Position numbers and translations under genes: made by a program. This document shows, one piece after another, positions 24,594 to 34,152 of a DNA stretch of 40,000 bases (position 1 is its first letter; each line of letters opens with the position of its first letter). Origin of the DNA: Halococcus hamelinensis 100A6. GTDB taxonomy: Archaea > Halobacteriota > Halobacteria > Halobacteriales > Halococcaceae. The DNA is taken from positions 17,221 through 57,220 of the forward strand of contig NZ_AOMB01000006.1 of assembly GCF_000336675.1 (NCBI RefSeq), read 5' to 3'. Below the pieces are notes generated by a model. It did no database searches. It was not told the origin of the DNA and saw nothing but the letters and a program-made list of their open reading frames with translations.

Positions 24594-25598
24594 CTACTCG
24601 CCGGTGAGGGCCTGGCTGCCCGGCGCGAACGCGAGTTCGGTGCCGAGACCCTCCTCACGCGCCTTCTCGTAGACCAGATAGCCCGCCGCGACGGTCTCGA
24701 TGCCGGTGCCACCCGAATCGAAGACCGTTATCTCGTCGTCGGACTCGCGGCCGGGGGCCTCGCCCGCGACGACCGCGCCGAGTTCGGCGTGGACGTCGTC
24801 CTCGCTCACGACGCCTTCCTCGACGGCGTTGATGAACGACCCGGCGTCGTTCATGACCCGCTCGCGGAGGTCGGGGACGTACTTCGCGCGCTCGACGGTG
24901 GTCGCGTCGAGTTCGTGTTTCTCGGGGTGGTACTGGCCCATCGCGGTGACGTGCGCGCCGTCCTCGAGGAGTTCGCCGTCGAAGACCGGTTCGGATGCAC
25001 TCGTCGCGGTGATCACCACGTCCGCACCCTCGACCGCGGCGTCGCTCGACGCGACGGCGGCCACCGCGGCGTCGAGGTGTTCGTTCATCTCGGCGGCGAA
25101 CGTCTCCCTGTTCTCCGTGGTCGGGGAGTAGACGTTCACCGTCTCGAAGTTCCGGACGGTGGCACAGGCCCGGAGCTGGCCGCGAGCCTGGGCACCGCTT
25201 CCGATGACCGCGAGCGTCGTCGCGTCCGTTCGCGCGAGCGCGTCGACGCCGACCGCGCCCGCCGCGCCGGTCTTGAACGGGTTGATGCTCGCGCCGTCGA
25301 GCAGGGCGATCAGGGCCCCGGAGTCGGCGTCGAAGACCGGCTGGACGAACCGCGCGTCGCGGTCGCCGAAGCCCGCGGCGTACATGTAGCCGCCCATCGC
25401 ACCCGTCTCGGGCAGGATGGCGGTGTAGCCCGTGAGCATCCCCGGCGGGTCCTCGTTCGTGAGCTTCGTTCGCGGCGCGGCCGGCGCGCCCTCGCCGCGC
25501 TGGCGGTAGCCCTCGCGAACGGCCCGGACGTACTCCTCGGGCGTCGCGAGCCCCGCGCACTCCTCGCTGGTCAGAAACAGCGTTCCGTCGTCGGTCAT
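24594..25598 (-). CDS. Ornithine cyclodeaminase / mu-crystallin family protein
   Basis: 334 aa. It has the Rossmann motif LAVIGSGAQARGQL and the family blocks PFKTGAAGAVGVDALAR and ...ITVFDSGGTGIETVAAG. Confidence 0.85.
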   Translation of the reverse strand: MTDDGTLFLTSEECAGLATPEEYVRAVREGYRQRGEGAPAAPRTKLTNEDPPGMLTGYTAILPETGAMGGYMYAAGFGDRDARFVQPVFDADSGALIALLDGASINPFKTGAAGAVGVDALARTDATTLAVIGSGAQARGQLRACATVRNFETVNVYSPTTENRETFAAEMNEHLDAAVAAVASSDAAVEGADVVITATSASEPVFDGELLEDGAHVTAMGQYHPEKHELDATTVERAKYVPDLRERVMNDAGSFINAVEEGVVSEDDVHAELGAVVAGEAPGRESDDEITVFDSGGTGIETVAAGYLVYEKAREEGLGTELAFAPGSQALTGE

Positions 25599-25704
25599 AT
25601 GGGTACGAGGGCGAGCGTGGCTTTATGGATGGTGGCTCCGGTCGCCAGCCGACGACGGCCGGGGTGCTCACGGGCGAGACGGTGGGGCGAGCGCGGTCGA
25701 CCGG

Positions 25705-26424
25705 TCACGCCGGCGATTCCGAACCGAGGAACGCACGGCGTGTGCGGCGCGTCCGCGAACGCCCCGTCGGGCCGAGGAGGTGCCGTTCGTCGGGGAGGGT
25801 GAGGCCCTCCCGGCACTCCGGGAAGGTCGTCCGGATTCGGGGACCGATCGTTCGAGCCGGGAAGAACGGGTCGTCGGCCGCGATGGTGTCGCGGACGACT
25901 GGCGGGAGCGACGCGGGCAGTTCGGTCGCCAGCGATCCGAGCGCGCGGTCGAGCAGCCAGCACCGCGGCAGGAAGCGGTAGGCGAGCGACGGGACCCCAA
26001 CCCGCGCCAGTCCGGCTGGCGGTTCGACGCCGAAGCCCGCCGGAACGACCAGCGAGACCGACTCGAACCGGTCGGGGGCTTCGAGGAGCACCCCCGCACC
26101 GTGGGAGATGCCGACCGCCGGAACCGCCTCGACCCCGAGCGCATCGAGGAGTGCCACGAGCCACCGGCCGTAGTCCGCCGCTCGGGCCGTCGTCTTTCTC
26201 GGCTGTCCGGGCGTGTCGGGTGCGAGAAGCCGGTACTCGTTCGCGAGTGCCTCGACCCACGCGAGCGTGACCGGGGTCGTGACGTTCCCACCCTGGGGGA
26301 CGAGCAGCGGTTTCGCGTCGGGGTCACCGGCGAGTAGCAGGTGAGTTTCGCCCACGGCGGTCTCGACGTGGTGCTCCTCAACTGGGCCGTCGAGGAGCGC
26401 CGCGACGGCCCGGTCGTAGAGCAC
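25705..26424 (-). CDS. Alpha/beta-fold hydrolase
   Basis: 239 aa with a GTG start at 26424. It has the nucleophile elbow GISHGAG (GxSxG) after a beta-strand and an upstream oxyanion-type region LLVPQGGN. The alternative tracked frame 25668..26450 is Arg/Ser/Pro-rich and is rejected. Confidence 0.65.
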   Translation of the reverse strand: MLYDRAVAALLDGPVEEHHVETAVGETHLLLAGDPDAKPLLVPQGGNVTTPVTLAWVEALANEYRLLAPDTPGQPRKTTARAADYGRWLVALLDALGVEAVPAVGISHGAGVLLEAPDRFESVSLVVPAGFGVEPPAGLARVGVPSLAYRFLPRCWLLDRALGSLATELPASLPPVVRDTIAADDPFFPARTIGPRIRTTFPECREGLTLPDERHLLGPTGRSRTRRTRRAFLGSESPA

Positions 26425-26544
26425 GTCGACGGTTCAGTGGTGGCGCTCATGTGATGCGCTCCAGCGTGAAGTGACTTGAAACGGACCGCGGAAGGAATGG
26501 GGGTCGGAGAGGTCTACAACGGAAGCCGACGAAAGGGAAGAGCG

Positions 26545-26769
26545 CTATTCGGCGGAGTTGAGCTGGCCGCCGTTGGGCTGCGGGGAGGACTGGGAGTCGG
26601 ACGCGCCCGGCGAACGGACGAACAGACCGTGACCGATGAGCGCGACCGCGACGGCCGCCGCGAGCGGAACCGCGAGGGTTATCGAGACGCCGAGGGCGAC
26701 GAGAAGTGTGGTGATGCCACCGAGCGCGAGCGGAATGAGTCCGAGGATGTAGTCGTAGTACTGAGCCAT
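26545..26769 (-). CDS. Small two-TM membrane protein (hypothetical)
   Basis: ATG at 26767-26769 (MAQYYDYILGLIPLALGGITTLLVALGVSITLAVPLAAAVAVALIGHGLF...). The tracked start at 26778 is a TTG. Confidence 0.55.
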   Translation of the reverse strand: MAQYYDYILGLIPLALGGITTLLVALGVSITLAVPLAAAVAVALIGHGLFVRSPGASDSQSSPQPNGGQLNSAE

Positions 26770-26934
26770 TGTACTCAAGGATACTGGAGTGCGTCACATA
26801 AGTGTTTCTCATAGGTGGTCGATGAGCGAGAAGTACGAATCGCTGAGATTACACGGTGGTTCTTCGTAAGTTATAGGTTGGAAACCCCGACGTGAATCGT
26901 CGGAAATCGAACGGCGAAAACGAGGGAAGGCGTC

Positions 26935-27387
26935 TCAGAAGCGACCGGCGAGCGCGGCGACGGCGACGCGCCACGGGACCAGGAGGACGAGTCCGACGCC
27001 GAGCGAGACGAGGACGAACGCGAGCGCGAAGTCCCCGTGGAAGAGGGCGGTCGCGCGGAGCGCCTGACCGACGAGCGCCGCGCCGACCCATGCGAGGGCC
27101 GTGCGGACGGCGGCCGAGCGGGGGACACGATACACCGTGGAGGTGTAGACGCCCGCGAGCACCGACGCGACGACCCAGCCGATGACGAACGGGAGCGCGG
27201 TGCCCACGATCCGGCCGGGCTGGGCGGTGAGGCTGTAGCCGTGCTGGAGTTCTCCCGCGACGACGAACAGGCCGATCAGGACGAGGTCGCCGACCGCGAG
27301 CCCGAGGGTCGTCCCCGAGACGTCGATACGACCGCCGAGGGAACCGACGGCGTTGCTCATGGGTCGGGCGAGGAGCGCGAGGGGCAT
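26935..27387 (-). CDS. DUF3054-like integral membrane protein
   Basis: The second half of tracked ORF 26935..27603 from ATG 27385-27387 (MPLALLARPMSNAVG...) gives 150 aa and 4 TM. GDLVLIGLFVVAGELQHG and LPFVIGWVVASVLAGVY resemble DUF3054. An alternative ATG lies at 27360. Confidence 0.6.
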   Translation of the reverse strand: MPLALLARPMSNAVGSLGGRIDVSGTTLGLAVGDLVLIGLFVVAGELQHGYSLTAQPGRIVGTALPFVIGWVVASVLAGVYTSTVYRVPRSAAVRTALAWVGAALVGQALRATALFHGDFALAFVLVSLGVGLVLLVPWRVAVAALAGRF

Positions 27388-27406
27388 GTAAGACTCGTTT
27401 TCGCGC

Positions 27407-27979
27407 TCAGCGCTTGACGCCGGCGACGGTGAAGCCGAAGCCGCGAACCGGGATCGCGGCGTCGAGTCCGACGCGCTCGACCGCGAACGCGAGCTCGTCG
27501 GGGGTGAAGAACTCGGAGTCGAAGCCCACGAGGCGTTCGCCCGTCGCGAGCAGGAGCCCGGGGAGGGTCGAGCGGTCGAACTCGCGACAGACGAGCACCC
27601 CACCCGGTCGGAGGACGCGTTCGGCCTCCGCGAGCGCGCCCGTCCGGTCGGCGACGTGATGGAGCGCGTCCACGATCAGGACCGCGTCGACGCTGGCGTC
27701 GGCGACGGGGAGTCGTGCCGCATCCCCGAGAACACAGCCCAGCCCCCGTCGGCGTGCCTCGGCGAGCATCCCGGGAGCGGCATCGACCACGACCCGCTCC
27801 GGGATGCCGAGCGCGCGCACCGCCCGGCCCGTTCCGCCGCCGACGTCGAGCACGCGGTGGAGCTCGCGGTCGGCGAGCACGAGCCCCGCCTGTATCGGGC
27901 CGACGTCGCTTGCGGGCATGAGTCGCTCGTAGTAGCGCGCGAACCGATCGAATCGCGCGACGTCGCCCGGCGGCTGCAT
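27407..27979 (-). CDS. Class I SAM-dependent methyltransferase
   Basis: ATG at 27977-27979 (MQPPGDVARFDRFARYYE...). It has motif I VLDVGGGTGR, an acidic post-I residue in VVVDAAPGML, and motif III LRPGGVLV. Confidence 0.85.
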   Translation of the reverse strand: MQPPGDVARFDRFARYYERLMPASDVGPIQAGLVLADRELHRVLDVGGGTGRAVRALGIPERVVVDAAPGMLAEARRRGLGCVLGDAARLPVADASVDAVLIVDALHHVADRTGALAEAERVLRPGGVLVCREFDRSTLPGLLLATGERLVGFDSEFFTPDELAFAVERVGLDAAIPVRGFGFTVAGVKR

Positions 27980-28046
27980 GACTCTCACTCGCACCGGCCG
28001 CCGCTTAAGTCGTGCGGCGAAGGAGGGATGGCGCTCGCGCCGAAGG

Positions 28047-28580
28047 ATGGGTATGGAGTACGCGGTCCGTGGCTGGCCCGAGGACGGGCCGACGCTCGAC
28101 CTCGACTACCGGGAGTTCGCGTACGCCGGGAAGTTCGTGATGTCCTCGACTGGGAAGGCGGTCGTGCGCGAGGGGGACGGGATCGTTGGAGCGGTCGCGT
28201 TCAACGAGGACCGCACCGACTCGACCACCCTCTGGCTCCGGTACATCACCGTGCGAGCCGACCGTCGTGGCGAGGGACTGGGCGCGCGCCTCGCGGCGTT
28301 CGCCGCCGAGCGGGCGCTCGCGCGCGGCTACGACCGCCTCCGGATCGCGGTCAACAACCCGTTCGCCTACGAGGCGCTCCACAAGGCCGGTTTCGGCTAC
28401 ACCGGTCGGGAGACCGGCCTCGCCGAACTCGTGCTCGAACGGCCGGGCGAGCGCTCGCGCGCGGCCTACCAGTCGGGGCTCGACGTCTACCGCGCCCGCG
28501 ACCTCTCCGACGACGAGGCCGCGTTTCTGGCGTCACGAGCCGACCGCGGCCCGCCGGCGGTGCTCGACCCACCCACGTAG
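28047..28580 (+). CDS. GNAT-family N-acetyltransferase
   Basis: ATG at 28047 or 28053 (MGMEYAVRGW...). It has the acetyl-CoA-binding motif A, ITVRADRRGEGLGARLAAFAAERA, then NNPFAYEALHKAGF. It is divergent from the methyltransferase. Confidence 0.75.
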   Translation: MGMEYAVRGWPEDGPTLDLDYREFAYAGKFVMSSTGKAVVREGDGIVGAVAFNEDRTDSTTLWLRYITVRADRRGEGLGARLAAFAAERALARGYDRLRIAVNNPFAYEALHKAGFGYTGRETGLAELVLERPGERSRAAYQSGLDVYRARDLSDDEAAFLASRADRGPPAVLDPPT

Positions 28581-28646
28581 GAACGCGACTCGTCGTCGGC
28601 GGGGAGTGCAACAGGGTTAACACCCGGTGGCGAGGTCGGGGTAACG

Positions 28647-29417
28647 ATGGTCGAAAACGAGACGGCAATCGTCACGGGATCGAGCAGGGGTATCGGGAAA
28701 CAGGTCGCGAAGACGCTCGCGGCGGACGGCGCGAACGTCGTGGTCTGCTCGCGGTCGGTCGAGGACTCGGAAGCGGTCGCCGAGGGGATCGAGGCGGACG
28801 GCGGGTCGGCGCTCGCGGTCGAGGTCGACGTGAGCGAGAAGGAATCGGTCGAGCGGCTGGTCGAGCGGACCGTCGAGGCGTTCGGCCGGGTCGACACCCT
28901 CGTGAACAACGCGGGGATCAACATTCGCGGGCCCGCCGAGGAGATGGCCCCCGAAGACTGGCAAAAGGTCATGGACGTGAACCTTACTGGCCCCTTCTAC
29001 TGTGCCCAGGCTGTCGGCAAGCGACTGATCGAACAGGGCGACGGCGGCGACATCGTGAACATTTCGAGCATGATGGGCGAGATGGGCCAGCAGGACCGGA
29101 CGCCGTACAACACCTCGAAGGGCGGCATCAACAACCTCACGCGGTGTCTCGCCGTCGAGTGGGCCGAACACGACATCTACGTCAACGCGCTCGCGCCGGG
29201 CTACATCATGACCGACATGGCCGCCGAGGCCCAAGAGGAAGCGGACTTCACCGAACAGGACGTTCGGGATCGGACGCCGCTGGACCGGTTCGGCACCCCA
29301 GAAGAGATCGCGAACTGTGTTTCGTTCCTCGCCTCGCACGACCACTACATGACTGGGGAAGTGCTCCACGCCGACGGCGGCTGGACCGCGTTCGGCTGGG
29401 GCGCGAAGGACAGGTAG
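28647..29417 (+). CDS. SDR-family oxidoreductase (FabG / glucose-1-dehydrogenase-like)
   Basis: 256 aa. It has TGSSRGIG (TGxxxGIG), NNAG, the catalytic S...YNTSKGG (YxxxK) and PGYIMTDM. Confidence 0.9.
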   Translation: MVENETAIVTGSSRGIGKQVAKTLAADGANVVVCSRSVEDSEAVAEGIEADGGSALAVEVDVSEKESVERLVERTVEAFGRVDTLVNNAGINIRGPAEEMAPEDWQKVMDVNLTGPFYCAQAVGKRLIEQGDGGDIVNISSMMGEMGQQDRTPYNTSKGGINNLTRCLAVEWAEHDIYVNALAPGYIMTDMAAEAQEEADFTEQDVRDRTPLDRFGTPEEIANCVSFLASHDHYMTGEVLHADGGWTAFGWGAKDR

Positions 29418-29474
29418 GGATCGGTTCCGGACGCGGGCGACAGTTTCATTCGCGAACGCACCGAGTTCGGACCA

Positions 29475-29687
29475 ATGGACAAGTCGGGGTTCGTGAAGCT
29501 CTCGTTCGTCGCGTTCGGGCTGATCCTCGTGAGCTTCGTGATCCTCGGGTTCTCGCGGCTGGTGCTCCCCTACCGCACCGCGCGCGTGCTCGCCGCGCCG
29601 ACGACGCTGCTCGCCTTCGGGTTGATCTGCTACCTGCTCGTGCGGGCGACCCTCTCGAAGCTCGGGGTCGCTGCGATCCGGGAGTGA
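29475..29687 (+). CDS. Small two-TM membrane protein (hypothetical)
   Basis: 70 aa, MDKSGFVKLSFVAFGLILVSFVILGF...LLAFGLICYLLVRATL. Nearly every codon ends in G/C, so it is very likely translated. Confidence 0.6.
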   Translation: MDKSGFVKLSFVAFGLILVSFVILGFSRLVLPYRTARVLAAPTTLLAFGLICYLLVRATLSKLGVAAIRE

Positions 29688-29727
29688 GACACCGCAAACA
29701 GTTTTGATGCCCGCGGCAAGGGGAGGT

Positions 29728-31032
29728 ATGGACGTGAGAGCCGTCGCCGACCTCTCGCCCGACGAGCGCCGCGCGGTGTTCGAGCGCGACGCGGGGATCG
29801 ACGACATCGAGGGCGACGTGGCCGAGATCGTCGAGCGGGTTCGCACGGAGGGTGACGTCGCGCTCCGGGAGTTCGCCGAGGAGTTCGACGACACGACCGT
29901 GGGCTCGCTCGACGTGACCGACGCGACCGATCGCGCGTACGACGAGATCGATGAGGGTCTGCGAGACGCCATCGAGGATGCTGCCGGAAATATTCGCGAG
30001 TTCCACGAGCGCCAGGTCCCCGACGACTGGCGCGAGGACTTCGATGGCCGAGAACTCGGGCGGCGATATCGGCCGATAGACCGGGTGGGCGCGTACGTTC
30101 CGGGCGGGGCGGCGGCCTACCCCTCCAGTGCGCTGATGACGGTGATTCCAGCAAAAGTCGCGGGCGTCGAGACGGTCGCGGTGGCGACGCCGCCCGCCGA
30201 CGAGCTCAACCCCGCGACGCTCGCGGCGCTCCACGTCGCCGGCGCGGACGAGGTCTACCAAGTGGGTGGCGCGCAGGCGGTGGCGGCGCTGGCGTACGGG
30301 ACGGAATCGGTCTCACGGGTCCAGAAGGTCGTCGGGCCGGGGAATCGCTGGGTGACGGCGGCGAAGGCCGCGGTGCGAAACGACTGCGCGATCGACTTCC
30401 TCGCGGGGCCGAGCGAGGTCTGCGTGCTGGCCGACGAGACGGCGGACCCGGAGTTCGTGGCGGCGGACCTGATCGCCCAGGCCGAACACGACGCGAACGC
30501 GTCCGCCGTGGCGGTGACGGCCGACGAGGAGCTCGCGAAGCGGGTCGCGAGGGCGGTCGAATCCGGAATCGAGGGCGAGCGCGCGGAGACGATCCGCGAG
30601 GCGCTCGAAAGCGACGCCAGTGGGGTGTTCCTCGCGCGCTCGATGCCGGAGGCGGTGCTGTTCTGTGAGGAGTACGCTGCCGAGCACCTCTCGATCCAGG
30701 CCGACGACGACGAGGCGCTGCTCGACCGGATCGATAGTGCGGGAAGCGCGTTTTTGGGTCCGTACTCGCCCGTGGCGGCCGGCGATTACGCCGCCGGACC
30801 GAACCACGTGCTGCCCACCGGCGGTGGCGCACGAATCACGGGCGGGCTGTCCGTCGAGACGTTCCTGCGCTCGACGACGGTGCAGCGGCTCTCGGCCGAT
30901 TCCCTCGACGACATCGGTGACACCGTCGAGACGCTCGCGCGGGCCGAGGGGCTGGACGCCCACGCCGAAAGCGTCGCCGTCAGGCTCCGCGAGCGCGAAC
31001 CGGGGGAAGACGACGAGCGACTTCGGGAGTGA
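29728..31032 (+). CDS. hisD: Histidinol dehydrogenase
   Basis: The ATG at 29728 is preceded by GGAGGT. MDVRAVADLSPDER... is followed by PIDRVGAYVPGG.AAYPSS, AGPSEV.VLAD, DLIAQAEHD, HLSI and FLGPYSPVAAGDYAAGPNHVLPT, which are canonical HisD blocks. Confidence 0.93.
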   Translation: MDVRAVADLSPDERRAVFERDAGIDDIEGDVAEIVERVRTEGDVALREFAEEFDDTTVGSLDVTDATDRAYDEIDEGLRDAIEDAAGNIREFHERQVPDDWREDFDGRELGRRYRPIDRVGAYVPGGAAAYPSSALMTVIPAKVAGVETVAVATPPADELNPATLAALHVAGADEVYQVGGAQAVAALAYGTESVSRVQKVVGPGNRWVTAAKAAVRNDCAIDFLAGPSEVCVLADETADPEFVAADLIAQAEHDANASAVAVTADEELAKRVARAVESGIEGERAETIREALESDASGVFLARSMPEAVLFCEEYAAEHLSIQADDDEALLDRIDSAGSAFLGPYSPVAAGDYAAGPNHVLPTGGGARITGGLSVETFLRSTTVQRLSADSLDDIGDTVETLARAEGLDAHAESVAVRLREREPGEDDERLRE

Positions 31033-31039
31033 GGTGTGG

Positions 31040-31319
31040 TGCGGAACGGTTGGCGCGCACTCGCGGTCGTGCGTGAGCGACAGCGAACGCCGACCGCGAA
31101 CACTGTGCGAGGGATGAGTGGAGTGAGCGCAGCGAACGGAGCGAATCGGCTGGGGAGGCGTGTGGCGGTTGGGGGGCAGTGGCGGGTCAGTAGTGATTGT
31201 ACCGCGAACGAGCGCGAAGCGCGAGTGAGCGGCTTTTTTAGTCCAGGTTTTTGCGAGGAGCGGTGCGTGAGCGAGGCGAAGCCGAGCGAGCGCACCCGAC
31301 GAGGAAAAAAGTGGGGCGT
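31040..31319. repeat. Left arm of an imperfect ~280-bp inverted repeat bracketing the IscA-type gene (GCGAGCGAAGCG-rich)
   Basis: The core at 31191-31233, TAGTGATTGTACCGCGAACGAGCGCGAAGCGCGAGTGAGCGGC, matches the reverse complement of 31811-31850 (TAGTGATTGCACCGCGAGCGAGTGAAGCGAGCGAGCGGGC). The inner end at 31306-31319, AAAAAGTGGGGCGT, matches the reverse complement of 31716-31730 (AAAAGGTGGGGGCGT). The outer boundary is approximate. Confidence 0.6.
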
Positions 31320-31343
31320 CATGGTTAACTTTCTTCGGCGGAT

Positions 31344-31715
31344 ATGAGTGGTATGAGCACGGCTGGAACCGCCGACACCGCGACCGAAATCGACGTCTCG
31401 GCGTTGGCCGCCGAACAGGCACTCGACCTCCTCGAAGGCGAGGGCATGGACACCGACGTCGCCGGGCTTCGGTTGTTCGTCCAGCAAGGCGGCTGTGCCG
31501 GTCTCTCCTACGGGATGCGCTTCGACGGCGAGCCCGAGGAGGACGACCAGATCTACGAACACCACGACCTCCGGATCTTCGTCGACCCCGCGAGCATGAA
31601 CTACATCGGCGGCAGCGTCCTCGACTTCGAGGGCGGCCTCCAGGGCGCGGGCTTCCACGTCGAGAACCCCAACGTGGTGAGCGAGTGCGGCTGCGGCGAG
31701 TCGTTCCGAACCTAA
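31344..31715 (+). CDS. Iron-sulfur cluster insertion/assembly protein, IscA/ErpA/HesB family
   Basis: 123 aa. It has GGCAGLSYGMRFD, and a C-terminus ending ...SECGCGESF that matches the CxCGxSF signature of A-type carriers. Confidence 0.9.
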   Translation: MSGMSTAGTADTATEIDVSALAAEQALDLLEGEGMDTDVAGLRLFVQQGGCAGLSYGMRFDGEPEEDDQIYEHHDLRIFVDPASMNYIGGSVLDFEGGLQGAGFHVENPNVVSECGCGESFRT

Positions 31716-31999
31716 ACGCCCCCACCTTTTGCTGCGCTTCGCTCGCTAGCGCTCGCTTCGCTGGCAAAATGTGGATCAAAAGCCTCCTCCTTCCCTCCGG
31801 TCAGTCGTCGGCCCGCTCGCTCGCTTCACTCGCTCGCGGTGCAATCACTATCCGCACAGCACCGCATCCGCACCGCCGAAGCCCTCGCGCTCCCTCCGGT
31901 CGCGGTGCTCGCTTCGCTCGCACTCTCGCCTCGCCCTTCATCCGCCAGGACCGCTCCCACAACCGCAGGCGCTCGCGGGGCGGGCCCCGCTTGAGCACC
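31716..31999. repeat. Right arm of the inverted repeat bracketing the IscA-type gene (CGCTTCGCTCGC-rich)
   Basis: It starts directly after the TAA of the IscA-type gene and runs to the stop of the MBL gene. Reverse-complement matches to the left arm are listed there. Tracked ORFs 31685..32023, 31771..32010 and 31801..32085 lie inside it and look like repeat artefacts. Confidence 0.6.
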
Positions 32000-32983
32000 T
32001 CACTCGCTAATGTCCGGGAATAGCTCGTCGAGGTCGGGATCCGATTCGACGAGTCGGTAGCCGTCGTCCGTCGATTCGACCACATCGTGGGCCGAGAGGT
32101 GGTCGAGGTGCGCGTAGGCCTCGCCCGGCCCGTGGAGGATGTGGATGTGCGAGAGCTCGCCGAACAAGTGGCTGCTCACCGTCCACGCGTCCGCCGGGCC
32201 GTCCTCCCGGAGCACGTCGAGCACGTTCTCGGTGCGCTCGCGGTGGTGCGCGGCGATGTCGCGGGCGCGGCCTGCGGGATCCTCGATGACGTCGCGGTGA
32301 CCGGGCCACGCCCGAACGAACTCCCCGTCGATGATCCGCACCAAGGTGTCGAGGTACTTCGCCAGCGGGCGCTCGACACGAACGTCCGCCCCACCCACGT
32401 TCGGGGTGTAGTGGGGCAAGAGCGCGTCGCCCGAGAGGAGTTCCCGACCGTCCGCGCCCTCGAAGACGAACCCCGAGAGCCCCGCGGCGTGGCCCGGAAG
32501 GTGGAGCGCTTCGAGGTCGCCCTCGGGGGTCGAAAAGCGCTCGCCGCCCTCGAAGGACTCGACCCTCGCCCGCCCCGAGAGCCCGTCGTAGCCGTCGAGG
32601 AAACCGAGAAGCTCCTCGCGCGGCTCCTCCGGCACTCCCCACTCGTCGAGAAGCGCGCGCTGGCGACCCTCCATCGCCTCCCACGCGTCGGTATCGCCCG
32701 CGACCAGCGGCGCGTCGGCGGTGTGGACCCGAACGACCGCGTCGCTTTCGTCCTGGATCTCGCTCGCGAACCCCGCGTGGTCCTCGTGCCAGTGGGTCAG
32801 GAGGATCTGGTCGATGTCGGCGAGCTCGACCCCCAGGTCGGCGAGACCGGTCGAAAGCGCCTCGCGGGTTTCGGACGCGGCGGTCCCGGTGTCGACGAGG
32901 GTGGTGGTATCGGCGTCCGCGCCGAAGACGTAGACGTCGTTCAGCCCCTCGAAGACCGCGTTGCCGAGCTGGATCCGGTTCAT
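32000..32983 (-). CDS. MBL-fold metallo-hydrolase with a C-terminal winged-helix-like extension
   Basis: 327 aa. It has LVDTG, the metal motif LLTHWHEDHAG (HxHxDH), then LHLPGHAAG and ...WPGH. Confidence 0.85.
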   Translation of the reverse strand: MNRIQLGNAVFEGLNDVYVFGADADTTTLVDTGTAASETREALSTGLADLGVELADIDQILLTHWHEDHAGFASEIQDESDAVVRVHTADAPLVAGDTDAWEAMEGRQRALLDEWGVPEEPREELLGFLDGYDGLSGRARVESFEGGERFSTPEGDLEALHLPGHAAGLSGFVFEGADGRELLSGDALLPHYTPNVGGADVRVERPLAKYLDTLVRIIDGEFVRAWPGHRDVIEDPAGRARDIAAHHRERTENVLDVLREDGPADAWTVSSHLFGELSHIHILHGPGEAYAHLDHLSAHDVVESTDDGYRLVESDPDLDELFPDISE

Positions 32984-33171
32984 CGGCCCGAGCGCACCTC
33001 ACACCCCGTCCATTCGACCGCGTGCCGCCGGATAGCCGTCTGCATATCGGAACGACCGGCCGCCGGCTACATACCACCCCCGATCGGCCGAACCGGGGTT
33101 GGTGGGTCGTCGCGAGGGTGCTGTGAGCCGTCTCCAGTGGGATTTATTCGCATCGAGGGACGAGCGGAGGC

Positions 33172-34152
33172 ATGACGCGTTCATCGGGCCACGAACCGAC
33201 CGACGGACCACCCGGTCCGGACGCGAAGCGACGGGTCATCGTGAACCCGAACAGCGGGGCGGGCGACCACCTGCCGACGGTCCACCGGCTCGCCGACCAC
33301 TGGGGCTACTCGGTCGCCGAGACGGCGGCGGCGGGCGACGCGATCGACCTCGCGCGCGAGGCCGCCGCCGACGGCGTGGACGTGCTCGCGGCCTGTGGCG
33401 GCGACGGCACGGTCCACGAAGTCCTCTGCGGGCTCGTCGACGCCGACGCGCTCGGTGGGGTTCGGTTCGGAGTGGTTCCCGTGGGGACGGCGAACATCTT
33501 CGCGGACGACATCGGGGTTCGCGGGATCGAACACGGCTTCGAACTCCTCGAGGACGGCGAGGTTCGCCGGATAGACCTCGGGCTCGCCGACGGCGTGCCG
33601 TTCGTGAAATCGTGTATCGCGGGACTCACTGCCGACACCAGCGCGGCCACGACGTCGGACCTGAAGGCCCGGTTCGGACCGCTCGCGTTCGTCATCACCG
33701 GCGTCCAACAGGCCCGCGAGTTCGACGCGCTCGACATCGAGGTCGACGCCGTCACCGAGGGGGAAACACGGACTTGGTCGGGCGAGGCGCTCTGCGTACT
33801 CGTCGGGAACGCCCGGCGGTTCGCAAAGCAGTTCGGCCAGGCGAACGTCGAGGACGGGCTGTTCGACGTCACCCTCATCGAGCGAATGCCCGCGGGCGAG
33901 GCGGTCGCCGAAGCCATCGTTCAGCAGCTCCTCCGCCGGGACACCGAGCACGTCACACAGCTCCGGGCCGAACGCCTCGCGATCGAGAGCCGATCGAGCG
34001 CGATCGACTTCAGCCTCGACGGCGAGATCTACACCCGGAACCGTCTCGACCTCCGGGTTCGGTCGGAGGCGCTCTCGGTCTGTGTCGGCACCGACTACGA
34101 ACCCGACCCGACGATGCAGGCCGAGAAAGACTCGTTCGGTCGATACCTATAA
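33172..34152 (+). CDS. Diacylglycerol kinase-family lipid kinase (YegS/DAGK catalytic domain)
   Basis: 326 aa. VIVNPNSGAG, VLAACGGDGTVHEV and VVPVGTANIFA are the DAGK_cat signatures. Confidence 0.85.
   Translation: MTRSSGHEPTDGPPGPDAKRRVIVNPNSGAGDHLPTVHRLADHWGYSVAETAAAGDAIDLAREAAADGVDVLAACGGDGTVHEVLCGLVDADALGGVRFGVVPVGTANIFADDIGVRGIEHGFELLEDGEVRRIDLGLADGVPFVKSCIAGLTADTSAATTSDLKARFGPLAFVITGVQQAREFDALDIEVDAVTEGETRTWSGEALCVLVGNARRFAKQFGQANVEDGLFDVTLIERMPAGEAVAEAIVQQLLRRDTEHVTQLRAERLAIESRSSAIDFSLDGEIYTRNRLDLRVRSEALSVCVGTDYEPDPTMQAEKDSFGRYL

Noticed and set aside
31036-32085. Tracked ORFs 31036..31347, 31685..32023, 31771..32010 and 31801..32085, which flank the IscA-type gene.
   Set aside because: They lie entirely within the inverted-repeat arms. 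They encode repetitive Ala/Ser/Arg/Leu strings (ASLARSLAS-type) that mirror the GCGAGCGAAGCG repeats, so they are treated as repeat artefacts rather than genes.
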